A DNA stretch of 64,000 bases. It comes from Candidatus Cloacimonadota bacterium. GTDB lineage: Bacteria > Cloacimonadota > Cloacimonadia > JGIOTU-2. The notes below the pieces were generated by a model. It ran no database searches, was not told the DNA's origin, and saw only the letters and a program-made list of their open reading frames with translations. The position numbers were made by a program, and so were the translations under genes. Where the stretch lies: the NCBI GenBank assembly GCA_049903315.1, contig JBNGBT010000005.1:96001-160000 (forward strand), given 5' to 3'. Shown in pieces: positions 19,421-28,295 of this stretch (positions are counted from its first letter, which is position 1; each line of letters begins with the position of its first letter).

Positions 19421-20524
19421 ATGATCCTATCTATTCTCATCACTATCGGGATCGTTGCTGGAATTGGTGGTTTCCTTGCGTTTTTGCTCGTCATTGCAGA
19501 ATCGACTTTAACAAATTACGGCGAATGTACGATTACGATAAATGAGAAAAAAGAACTTAAAGTTAAAGGTGGAAGCTCATTACTTAATATTTTAAATAAT
19601 AATAAAATTTTTCTTTCATCAGCATGTGGCGGACGCGGAAGCTGTGGATTCTGCAAATGCAAAGTAACTGAAGGTGGTGGTCCGCTTCTCCCAACAGAAA
19701 CCCCGTTTCTCGATGAAGATGAGAAAAAAAATAATATTCGACTTGCCTGCCAGGTGAAGGTTAAACAAGACATCAAAATTGAAATTCCAGAAGATATTTT
19801 TGCAATACAGGCATTCACAGGAAAAGTTACAAAAATCATCGATCTTACCTATGATATCACAGAGTTGATCATACAGCTCACAAAGCCGGAAAGCATCAAT
19901 TTCAAAGCCGGTCAGTATGTTCAATTCGTTGCTCCAAGATATGAAAAAAGCAAACAGTCTGTTACTCGGGCATATTCAATTGCAAGTAGCCCGTACCAAA
20001 AAGATACAATCCAGCTCATCATAAAAAAAGTGCCGGAAGGATTGTGCACAACCTATATTCATGAGTATCTCAAAGAAGGAGATAGTGTGTCCTTTACCGG
20101 ACCTTTTGGTGATTTTATTATCAAGGAAACTCAAAATGATATGCTCTTTGTTGCAGGAGGTTCTGGCAAAGCTCCGATAAAATCTATGCTGGAATTTCTC
20201 AGTGCACAAGGTTCAAAACGAAGAATGGTATATCTTTTCGGAGCACGCACGGAAAAAGATCTTTATCTGACCGATTTATTTGAAAAATTGGAAAAGGAAC
20301 TGAAAAATTTTATATATGTGCCCATTCTCTCACAACCGGAAGAAAATTCGGGATGGAAAGGAAAAACCGGCTATATCATGCCATATTTGAAAGAGTATAT
20401 TAAAGACGCTGCACAGATGGAAGCATATCTCTGCGGAAGCCCTGGCATGATAGATGCAGTAAAAAAAGAACTACATCATCTTAAAATTCCGGCTGATAAT
20501 ATCTTTTATGATTCTTTCAATTAA
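19421..20524 (+). CDS. NqrF-like membrane-anchored 2Fe-2S/FAD/NAD(P)H oxidoreductase
   Basis: N-terminal TM, SACGGRGSCGFC..RLACQ, RAYSIAS, GPFG, AGGSG.AP, YLCG.P, C-terminal YDSF. Confidence 0.9.
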   Translation: MILSILITIGIVAGIGGFLAFLLVIAESTLTNYGECTITINEKKELKVKGGSSLLNILNNNKIFLSSACGGRGSCGFCKCKVTEGGGPLLPTETPFLDEDEKKNNIRLACQVKVKQDIKIEIPEDIFAIQAFTGKVTKIIDLTYDITELIIQLTKPESINFKAGQYVQFVAPRYEKSKQSVTRAYSIASSPYQKDTIQLIIKKVPEGLCTTYIHEYLKEGDSVSFTGPFGDFIIKETQNDMLFVAGGSGKAPIKSMLEFLSAQGSKRRMVYLFGARTEKDLYLTDLFEKLEKELKNFIYVPILSQPEENSGWKGKTGYIMPYLKEYIKDAAQMEAYLCGSPGMIDAVKKELHHLKIPADNIFYDSFN

Positions 20525-20532
20525 GGAATACA

Positions 20533-20988
20533 ATGAAACAAACACTTCAAGAGAAGAAAATACAAGAGAATATGCAGCCAGGCGTGATCACTTTATCCGG
20601 TTTTCTGGGTAATGATAACAGGCATCTTCATGACATTATTGCAGAAGACAGAAATACTCTTGAAAGACTGAATATTTCTCAAGAAGAGATTGCTGATAGA
20701 CTTCAGTATTTTACAAATCTGGCATGGGATAGTTACGATGGTTTTATTACTATCGACGATATCTATCAGGTTGAATATAAAAGCTACAGAGGAAGAATTG
20801 CATGTCCTTTTTCCCATTCCGGCATGTATCCCAAAGGAACCATCATCCTGAAGAATCTCACCATTGGAAAAGAAATCTGCTGGACTCCTCTCAATATACA
20901 TATGATCCGGGAGCATTGTTTTTTCGAAGGGAAAGGATCACCTCACAGGATCGAGCCATCTGAAGTGAGTAAAATTATCTTCAAATAA
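20533..20988 (+). CDS. Hypothetical protein, last gene of the Rnf/Nqr-like operon
   Basis: 8 nt after the nqrF-like stop, aagga SD; CPFSH and HMIREHCFFEG motifs. Confidence 0.75.
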   Translation: MKQTLQEKKIQENMQPGVITLSGFLGNDNRHLHDIIAEDRNTLERLNISQEEIADRLQYFTNLAWDSYDGFITIDDIYQVEYKSYRGRIACPFSHSGMYPKGTIILKNLTIGKEICWTPLNIHMIREHCFFEGKGSPHRIEPSEVSKIIFK

Positions 20989-21117
20989 ATCCTTTTTAAA
21001 AAGATATATATAATAATTGGTTATAGTTAATTAGAATTTAACAAATCAACAAATTTGACAATAATTAGGCATTATCCCGATTAGCTCTATATTATGAGTA
21101 TTGTACTCATAAAATAT

Positions 21118-22290
21118 ATGAAAAAATATTATTTTAGTCTCCTTTGTTTGGGCATCATAATTCTCAGTTTTGGACAACTCAAAGCTGATAATCTGAAAGT
21201 ACATTTCATTGATGTGCGCCAGGGTGATGCAATACTTATCCAGTATGGGGGAGAGAACTATCTTATTGACTCCGGGAAAAATCTCAGCTCGGATAAACTC
21301 ATTTATTATGTAGATTCCGTAGGAGTTACGACCCTGAATGCCTGCCTGATCACTCATCCTGATGCTGACCACTACGGTGAGTTCGAAGACCTTGTTGAAA
21401 GTGGTTTATTTACCATTGAAAAATTCATTATTAATAAAACTTCCTCTACAAATTCATCCTACATCAGACTTCTGAATCTTTTACTGACTGAAAATATCTC
21501 AGTTGAAACAGTTGACTATGAAGACGATCTGAATTGGAGCATGACAACCGATATTCTCTCACCGAATTATGAGAACGGCTTTAACAATGATAATGATAAT
21601 TCCATCGTAATAAAAATGAGTCTAGGTGAGGTGGATTTCCTTTTTACGGGTGATAGTGTTGAAGATAATAACCAATACCTTCTCGATACCTATGATATCG
21701 ATGTAGAAGTATTAAAAGTCGCTCATCACGGGGGATTGGACGGCACGAGTGAAGCATTTCTCGCAGAAGCCACACCTGCAGTATCTGTAATTAGCACGGG
21801 CAACAACTCGTATGGGCATCCTTCTCAAATAGTGATTGGACTATTACAGGATATCGGCACACTTATTTATTCTACTGCTGATGATTGGAATACCTGGTGG
21901 ATCAACGGTGGCAATGGTTCTGATGATGTGAGTTTGGATGATGATATCCTTGTCGAAACCGATGGGGATAATATCTGGGTAAATAATGAACTCGTGTGGT
22001 CGATCTTTGCTGTTAATGAAGAATATGCAGGTATTACTTTTTTCAATACTTTTCCAAATCCTTTTAAAAATTCTGTGACAATCCAATATAATGTAAAGAA
22101 GAACAGCGATGTAAAAATTGATGTGTACGATCTACAGGGAATGCTGGTAAAAGAGCTTCTTAATGAGCACAAAAGTGCTGGAAACTACGAGATAGATTGG
22201 AATGCTGAAGGAGTGAGGTCGGGGATATATTTTTGTAAATTCGCACAAGGGAGTAAAGAGGAAGTAAGGAAACTAGTGCTTCTGAATTAA
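21118..22290 (+). CDS. Secreted ComEC/Rec2-like metallo-beta-lactamase-fold hydrolase with T9SS-type CTD
   Basis: Signal peptide; HFIDV.QGD, THPDADH, LFTGD, KVAHHG, NSYGHP; CTD FPNPF...YDLQG...SGIYF...KLVLLN. Confidence 0.88.
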   Translation: MKKYYFSLLCLGIIILSFGQLKADNLKVHFIDVRQGDAILIQYGGENYLIDSGKNLSSDKLIYYVDSVGVTTLNACLITHPDADHYGEFEDLVESGLFTIEKFIINKTSSTNSSYIRLLNLLLTENISVETVDYEDDLNWSMTTDILSPNYENGFNNDNDNSIVIKMSLGEVDFLFTGDSVEDNNQYLLDTYDIDVEVLKVAHHGGLDGTSEAFLAEATPAVSVISTGNNSYGHPSQIVIGLLQDIGTLIYSTADDWNTWWINGGNGSDDVSLDDDILVETDGDNIWVNNELVWSIFAVNEEYAGITFFNTFPNPFKNSVTIQYNVKKNSDVKIDVYDLQGMLVKELLNEHKSAGNYEIDWNAEGVRSGIYFCKFAQGSKEEVRKLVLLN

Positions 22291-22553
22291 ACACAAAACA
22301 CAAATCAACGTGCAGAGATGAGTCGGAATGAATAGTACTCCCGGGTTCCATTTTCTGTATCATTGCTCATGGATGGCTTTATTGGAACATTAATGGTATT
22401 GTGCTTTCAGTAATTCCTCTTGCAATACCCTTAAAGCATTTTTATCGAAGAAAGCTTAGCTCGGATTTTCGTTTCACACTAAATAAGAAAATATTTATTT
22501 TAGAAGCTCACGTAGGAGAGGTGTATAAAAAATACATAAATTGTGTAACAATT

Positions 22554-22591
22554 AGAAAAACAAGGGAGAAAGAGTGCGCACTCTTTCTCCC
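22554..22591 (-). terminator. Intrinsic terminator
   Basis: Perfect 28-bp palindrome gggagaaagagtgcgcactctttctccc (22564-22591) with a U-tract on the minus strand. Confidence 0.75.
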
Positions 22592-22680
22592 AAGAATTTC
22601 CTGTAGAACGGAAATTGAGCGATGGTTCTGATTGAGTTTGGGAGCTCAATCAATAGCCATCTAAGGAGGGAATTATGAGG
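22554..22680 (-). ncRNA. Candidate structured small RNA with intrinsic terminator
   Basis: Minus-strand TTGACA at 22716-22711, three consecutive hairpins, the last followed by UUGUUUUU; no substantial ORF. Confidence 0.55.
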
Positions 22681-22927
22681 ACTTTGATAATGAGTTATTA
22701 TGAAAAATGATGTCAAGAAAATATGAAAATGTAAGTGGATAAACGCGAGAATGTGCATTAGTGTTTTCGAATCTAACAAATACATTGACCAATAAAGAAA
22801 GAAAAAGAACAAAGGTATATATAGTAAAATAAATATTATTTTAATCTCACAATTGAAATGAAGATAGAGATATTTTAATAATCATATTTGGGCATATCTA
22901 AGAGAAAAAATCAGAGGAAGTATTTAT

Positions 22928-25615
22928 ATGAATAAGATTTTGATAGTTGATGATGTTGCAGAAAATTTGGCTGTGACGAAAGATTTACTCCAAGATTTAA
23001 TCCCTGACTGTCTCATATTCACAGCACAATCCGGAAAAGAGGGATTAACAACAGCAAGAGATGAGCAACCTGATACGATTATTACAGATATTAAAATGCC
23101 CGAAATGGATGGATATGAATTATGCAGGAGATTAAAAGCAGACGAAGCAACTGAAAATATCCCTATAATGATTTTGACCGGCTCCAAGGTAGATGCTGAA
23201 TGGCGTGTAAAATGTCTTGAAGCAGGTGCTGATGTTTTCCTGTCTAAGCCGGTTGATGCTTCAGAACTTATTGCTCAAATAAATGTTATGTTAAGATGTA
23301 AAAAAGCAGAAGATAGGTTGCTGTCAGAAAATGAAAGATTAGAAAATACTATTCTTGAAAAGACAACAGAATTAAAGGAAAGCGAAGAAAAATATCGAAG
23401 CATATACGAAAATATGCATATCGGTATATATCGAACAACACCCGATGGGAAAATACTTTTTGCTAATCCTGCTCTCATTGAGATCCTTAAATATGATTCG
23501 TTTGAAGATTTAAAAACAAGAGATCTCGAACTATCAGGATATTTTCCTAAAAAAAGTCGTGAAGAATTCAAGAAAGAAATTAACGAAAACAAACAAATTA
23601 GAGGTTTTGAATCTACATGGCTGAGAGCCGATGGTAAAAAAGTATATATAAGAGAGAACGCAAAAGCTTTTTATGATAAAGATGGGAATATTAAATATTA
23701 TGAAGGCACAATAGAAGATATCACAGAACGCAAGATAGCTGAACAAAATCTGAAAGCAAGTGAGGAAAAGTATAGGGCTCTTGTCGAGAATGCAAATGTT
23801 TCAATATTCACCATAGACTCCAATGGCATTTATTTGTTTTTGAACAGTATTGCAGCTAAAGAACTTGGTGGGAAACCGGAAGATTTTATTGGAAAAACGT
23901 TATGGGATGTCTTTCCAAAAGAAATTGCTGAACGCCAGATGAATAGTATTTGTGAGTTGATTAAATTAGGAAAAGGTAGGATTAGTGAACAAAAGACCGT
24001 TTTACAAGGACAAGATCGTTGGTACCGAACGAACAGCCAACCTGTTAAAGATGAAAAGGGTGAAATATATGCGGTTATGATAATCGGTACTGACATAACC
24101 GAGCGCAAACGGGCAGAAGAAAAAATCAATATACTTGCTCACTCTTTAAGAAGTATTAATGAATGTGTTTCCATTACTGATACTAAAGATATTATCTATT
24201 TTGTCAATGATGCTTATCCTAAAACTTACGGTTATACAAAAGGAGAATTAATTGGAAAACATATAAGTATTTTACATCCAAAACATGTAACACTTGAAAT
24301 CGAGAATATGATCTTAAAGAAAACTATTGAGTGTGGTTGGAGCGGCGAGCTTGTTAATCAAAAGAAAGATGGTACAATCTTTCCTGTATATCTTTCCACT
24401 TCGGTAATAAAGGACGATAAAGAAAATATAATCGGATTAGTAGGAGTAACCACTGACATAACCGAGCGTAAACGAGCAGAGGAAATACAAAAAACAATTT
24501 TTAACATTTCCAACACCCTAAGTACTGTTGATAATATGCAAGGGCTGTACACCAAGATAAGAGAATTTCTGGGAGATGTCATTGATACAAACAACTTCTA
24601 TATTGCATTATACGATGAAAAAACAGATATAATCTCGTTTGCATATTATGCTGATGAAACTTTTAGTAAAAAAAATTATCTTCCTGCAAGTAGAAAATTC
24701 GGCAATGGATTAACTGAATATGTCATCAAAACCGGCAAACCCCTGTTTGCTACAGAGGATGTAGTAAACGAATTAATAAATAAAGGATTAATTGAATCAA
24801 TTGGCTCTCCTTCTGAGATATGGCTGGGGGTTCCTCTTAACATTGAAAATAAAGTAATCGGCGTTATCGCAGTTCAAAGCTATTATGATCCAAATCTTTA
24901 TACAGAAAAGGATATTGAAATTCTAAACTTTATTTCCGAAGAAATTGCTCTTGCTATAGATCGAAAAAAGGCAGAAGAGGAGTTAAAGATAAATCGTGAG
25001 CGTTTGAGAATAGCAAATTCGATATTACGACACGACATTACCAACGATATTGTGGTAATAAAAAGCGCACTGGATATTTATCGTGATGAGAACGATATCA
25101 CTATGCTTGATGAGATCGATAAAAGAATTGAAAAAAGTATCAATACAATCAAGAAACAACGAGAACAGGAAAAGTTCATAGATTCTCATTTAGCGTTAGT
25201 AGAATATAAAATTGAGAAAGTAGCGAATAAGATTATTAAAAATTATTCAGATTTAGAGATCAATGTAACAGGTACTGGCAAGGTTTATGCGGATAATGCT
25301 ATATATTCTGTATTTGAAAACATTATGAGCAATGCAATACTCCACGGTAAAACAAAAAAGATAGATATTGAAATAAATTCAGAGGAAGATTATTGTGTGA
25401 TAAGAATTGCTGATCATGGCATCGGCATACCTGATGAATATAAATATGATATATTTGAAAAAGGTTTTAAATACGGTCCTCATGGGCATACTGGTATTGG
25501 TCTATATATAGTGCAAAAAACTATTGAGGACTATGGGGGAACAATACATGTAGAAGATAACAAACCCCATGGTGCAGTATTTGTACTTCGTTTGAGGAAA
25601 GTTATAAAGAAATAA
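22928..25615 (+). CDS. Hybrid sensor histidine kinase (REC-PAS-PAS-PAS-GAF-HisKA-HATPase)
   Basis: ILIVDD..DIKMPEMDG..KP receiver; three DITERK-terminated PAS domains; WLGVPL GAF; ILRHDITN H-box; N, DHGIG and GIGL boxes. Confidence 0.93.
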   Translation: MNKILIVDDVAENLAVTKDLLQDLIPDCLIFTAQSGKEGLTTARDEQPDTIITDIKMPEMDGYELCRRLKADEATENIPIMILTGSKVDAEWRVKCLEAGADVFLSKPVDASELIAQINVMLRCKKAEDRLLSENERLENTILEKTTELKESEEKYRSIYENMHIGIYRTTPDGKILFANPALIEILKYDSFEDLKTRDLELSGYFPKKSREEFKKEINENKQIRGFESTWLRADGKKVYIRENAKAFYDKDGNIKYYEGTIEDITERKIAEQNLKASEEKYRALVENANVSIFTIDSNGIYLFLNSIAAKELGGKPEDFIGKTLWDVFPKEIAERQMNSICELIKLGKGRISEQKTVLQGQDRWYRTNSQPVKDEKGEIYAVMIIGTDITERKRAEEKINILAHSLRSINECVSITDTKDIIYFVNDAYPKTYGYTKGELIGKHISILHPKHVTLEIENMILKKTIECGWSGELVNQKKDGTIFPVYLSTSVIKDDKENIIGLVGVTTDITERKRAEEIQKTIFNISNTLSTVDNMQGLYTKIREFLGDVIDTNNFYIALYDEKTDIISFAYYADETFSKKNYLPASRKFGNGLTEYVIKTGKPLFATEDVVNELINKGLIESIGSPSEIWLGVPLNIENKVIGVIAVQSYYDPNLYTEKDIEILNFISEEIALAIDRKKAEEELKINRERLRIANSILRHDITNDIVVIKSALDIYRDENDITMLDEIDKRIEKSINTIKKQREQEKFIDSHLALVEYKIEKVANKIIKNYSDLEINVTGTGKVYADNAIYSVFENIMSNAILHGKTKKIDIEINSEEDYCVIRIADHGIGIPDEYKYDIFEKGFKYGPHGHTGIGLYIVQKTIEDYGGTIHVEDNKPHGAVFVLRLRKVIKK

Positions 25616-25719
25616 GGGATAGGAGCTTCGGGGTATAGAGTTACTTTTATTACTTCGAGGACATCATAATCGCCTATTTCCCCAAATATAATCACAATTA
25701 GTTTTATTCATATTCAATT

Positions 25720-25747
25720 GAAGGCGATATTAGCCAATATCGCCTTC
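25720..25747. repeat. 28-bp palindrome between convergent genes (family shared with 50589-50616)
   Basis: gaaggcgatatt-agcc-aatatcgccttc. Confidence 0.8.
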
Positions 25748-25771
25748 GTAATATTAACTATATTTAATTAT

Positions 25772-26812
25772 CTATTTGTAAACTTTCACAAATTCAACCA
25801 GTAATTCTATCAACGCATCGAAATCATCCAAACTCATCATGCTGTTGTGAGTATGTGCATAACGAACTGGAACACCCAACACGATCGAGGGAATGCCATG
25901 AGCTGATGTCTGAATATGCCTGCCGTCAGTGCCGCCACCACGACGAAGTGTGACCTGTAGGGGAATGTTGTGTTTTTTTGCCAGTTGAATAAAAATATCT
26001 TTTAACTTCGGGTCACCTATCATGGACGGATCATATACACGCATATGAGCGCCTTTGCCCACGCAGGTTTGCGCACGGAATGGAATGCCCGGAATATCAT
26101 CTGCCGGCGCACCTTCCAGCACCACACAAATATCTGCATCCATAGTTCGTGCAAGGGTTCGGGAACCTGGACCTCCCACTTCTTCCTGTACACTTCCGCA
26201 CAAGTAGAGTGTATTTTGATGGGAAATATCTTTAACAGCATTGCCTAACTCAATAAGTGCAGCGATACCAGCTCTGTCATCAAATGCCTTTGAAATAATT
26301 CTCCGGTTACGTTCTTCATAATGGAAATAGGGGATGGGGATGATAGGGTCGCCGATATTTATACCAAAATTCTCAAATGCATCCTCGCGCGATTTTGCGC
26401 CGATATCAATAAACATATCCGATATTTCCGGAGGTGTATCTTTTCCCCCTCTTGTAAAATGAACAGGTATAGAACCGAATATTCCTATATGCCTTTCTCC
26501 GCTCTGTGTAATGATCTCAACTGGGCTGGAGAGGAGTGTATATTTGTTCCAACCTCCAATTGTATGGAATTGAATCAATCCGGAGTCCATCACATCTGCC
26601 ACCATAAAACCGATCTCATCCTGATGTGCAATGAACAGGATTTTTGGCGAGTCTGCATTTCCTTTCATGGTAAAAGTAATTTGCCCGAGTCGATCGATCT
26701 CATGCGGTGCATTATCACCAAGCTGTTCGATCATAAAATCTTTTATGATATGTTCAAATCCGGAAATGCCCGGAAGAAGAGTGAGTTCTTTTAAAAGCTC
26801 AAGTCTATCCAT
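25772..26812 (-). CDS. M42 family aminopeptidase
   Basis: GISGFE, AHQDEIG, KAFDDRAG, QEEVG, GGTDG, RYAHT. Confidence 0.92.
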   Translation of the reverse strand: MDRLELLKELTLLPGISGFEHIIKDFMIEQLGDNAPHEIDRLGQITFTMKGNADSPKILFIAHQDEIGFMVADVMDSGLIQFHTIGGWNKYTLLSSPVEIITQSGERHIGIFGSIPVHFTRGGKDTPPEISDMFIDIGAKSREDAFENFGINIGDPIIPIPYFHYEERNRRIISKAFDDRAGIAALIELGNAVKDISHQNTLYLCGSVQEEVGGPGSRTLARTMDADICVVLEGAPADDIPGIPFRAQTCVGKGAHMRVYDPSMIGDPKLKDIFIQLAKKHNIPLQVTLRRGGGTDGRHIQTSAHGIPSIVLGVPVRYAHTHNSMMSLDDFDALIELLVEFVKVYK

Positions 26813-26911
26813 CGTGACCTCTTATATTATTTTCAATTTTCTCTATTTGTTTTTAAGTTTTTTTCTGGCAAATTTCTTGTTCAACCTGATGCGTTAAAAA
26901 CAAAAAAAATC

Positions 26912-27403
26912 TTAATATTCATCGAGATGATAGAATTCTGCATTCTCCAACCATGTGTTGGGCATGTTCACCATTTCGATAATATTCTCAAGCACATCTG
27001 CCTGCTTCTTTTCTTCTGCGATGATACTCTTGATGATCTTTTTCTGAGATTCATCCTTCAATCCGTTCATCGCATCTGTATATAACCTGATCTTATGTTT
27101 TACAAGTTCACGTGCCTTTGTATAAAGTTTAACCTCATCCATATCACAGGTGAAGGGATTCTTCTCTTCTTTTATTTCGTTAAAAACCTCAATAGTTTTT
27201 TTTATTGCTAAGGTGTTCTTCAAAGGTGGGATCTTTTCCTCCTTCTTCATTTTTTCAAAAGCCGCTTTATGCTTCCTGTGGTCATCTGCCAGCATTGTTA
27301 ATATGTTTTTGATCCCCTTGTTCGTCGTACAGTGATCTGCCAGATCGCGATAATGATCTTCGACCATCTGCTCAGTATCGATGGCAATCTGAAAAAAATC
27401 CAT
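26912..27403 (-). CDS. Ferritin/rubrerythrin-like protein
   Basis: AI..E.....HY..LA, LADD..KH, I..EEKKQ four-helix pattern; some iron ligands look substituted. Confidence 0.8.
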   Translation of the reverse strand: MDFFQIAIDTEQMVEDHYRDLADHCTTNKGIKNILTMLADDHRKHKAAFEKMKKEEKIPPLKNTLAIKKTIEVFNEIKEEKNPFTCDMDEVKLYTKARELVKHKIRLYTDAMNGLKDESQKKIIKSIIAEEKKQADVLENIIEMVNMPNTWLENAEFYHLDEY

Positions 27404-27569
27404 GCGTCCTCCATGTGAACGATTTTTTCATCTTACTAAATGTGGGATGCTTTATTTTGTATGACAAGAAATTTATAACAATGCAGGCATATTTTCAAAA
27501 TCGTTGACTTAAATTAACTTAATATATTTATTTCCATACATTATATTGAAATTTATTAAAGAGGTACAA

Positions 27570-28295
27570 ATGAAAAGAATATTCATATTCACTCTTGCTA
27601 TCAGCATTCCATTTATTCTCTGTTTAGCAGAAACATCTCAAGAGTTAAACCCTTTTCAAATCTATTATGCGGATCCCTCATTTTCTACATTTGAAAAAGC
27701 ATATGAAAGTTACTCCAACCAGTTAGAGGAGAATGCAGAAGATAATAATGCCCGATTGATGCTTTCCTACCTGTACATGCTTGAAATGGAAAGGATGCTT
27801 GAGCAGTTTGAAGTTCGGATCGATTCACTGGCTCCGAATATTAAATTTCAATATGCCAATCTATTGCTTGGAATTGGTAATTATGATGAATGCATAGAAG
27901 TGTATGAGGGATTAAATAAGGCGTTTCCGGACTGGTCCTGCCCGTGGCGCCACAAGGGAGAAGCGTACTTCAAAACCAATGAGCTTGAAAAAGCTGAGAT
28001 CTCACTCCAGAAAGCAATTGAAACACGTGTGGAGCATTACGATGCCTATGTCATGCTTGCAGAAGTGCAGGAAGCAATGGGTGATTATACTGATGCCCTT
28101 GCCACGCTGGAAACAGGATTTTCCTATAAGGGCAAGGATATTGAAGATCCTGAACAGGAGATTAATGACCTCGATGTGCAATTCCTGCATTTGAGATTAC
28201 TCAAACAAAACAACATACAGAATCAGTATGATCAGTTGAAAATGAAATTGGAAAAAGCAGCTCCCGATGATACGAGATGGAAAGATATTCAATGA
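27570..28295 (+). CDS. Exported tetratricopeptide repeat protein
   Basis: gaggt SD, signal peptide, TPR-like helices (KGEAYF...AE..LQKAIE, AYVMLAE). Confidence 0.8.
   Translation: MKRIFIFTLAISIPFILCLAETSQELNPFQIYYADPSFSTFEKAYESYSNQLEENAEDNNARLMLSYLYMLEMERMLEQFEVRIDSLAPNIKFQYANLLLGIGNYDECIEVYEGLNKAFPDWSCPWRHKGEAYFKTNELEKAEISLQKAIETRVEHYDAYVMLAEVQEAMGDYTDALATLETGFSYKGKDIEDPEQEINDLDVQFLHLRLLKQNNIQNQYDQLKMKLEKAAPDDTRWKDIQ

Noticed and set aside
22330..22631. Hydrophobic reading frame (IVLPGSIFCIIAHGWLYWNINGIVLSVIPLA) as a small membrane-protein remnant, and the 76-aa ORF
   Set aside because: No credible start or RBS, runs into the hairpin region, family not recognisable with confidence
24089..24482. 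Repeated actgacataaccgagcg in the kinase gene
   Set aside because: Encodes the conserved TDITERK PAS linker; explained by domain duplication
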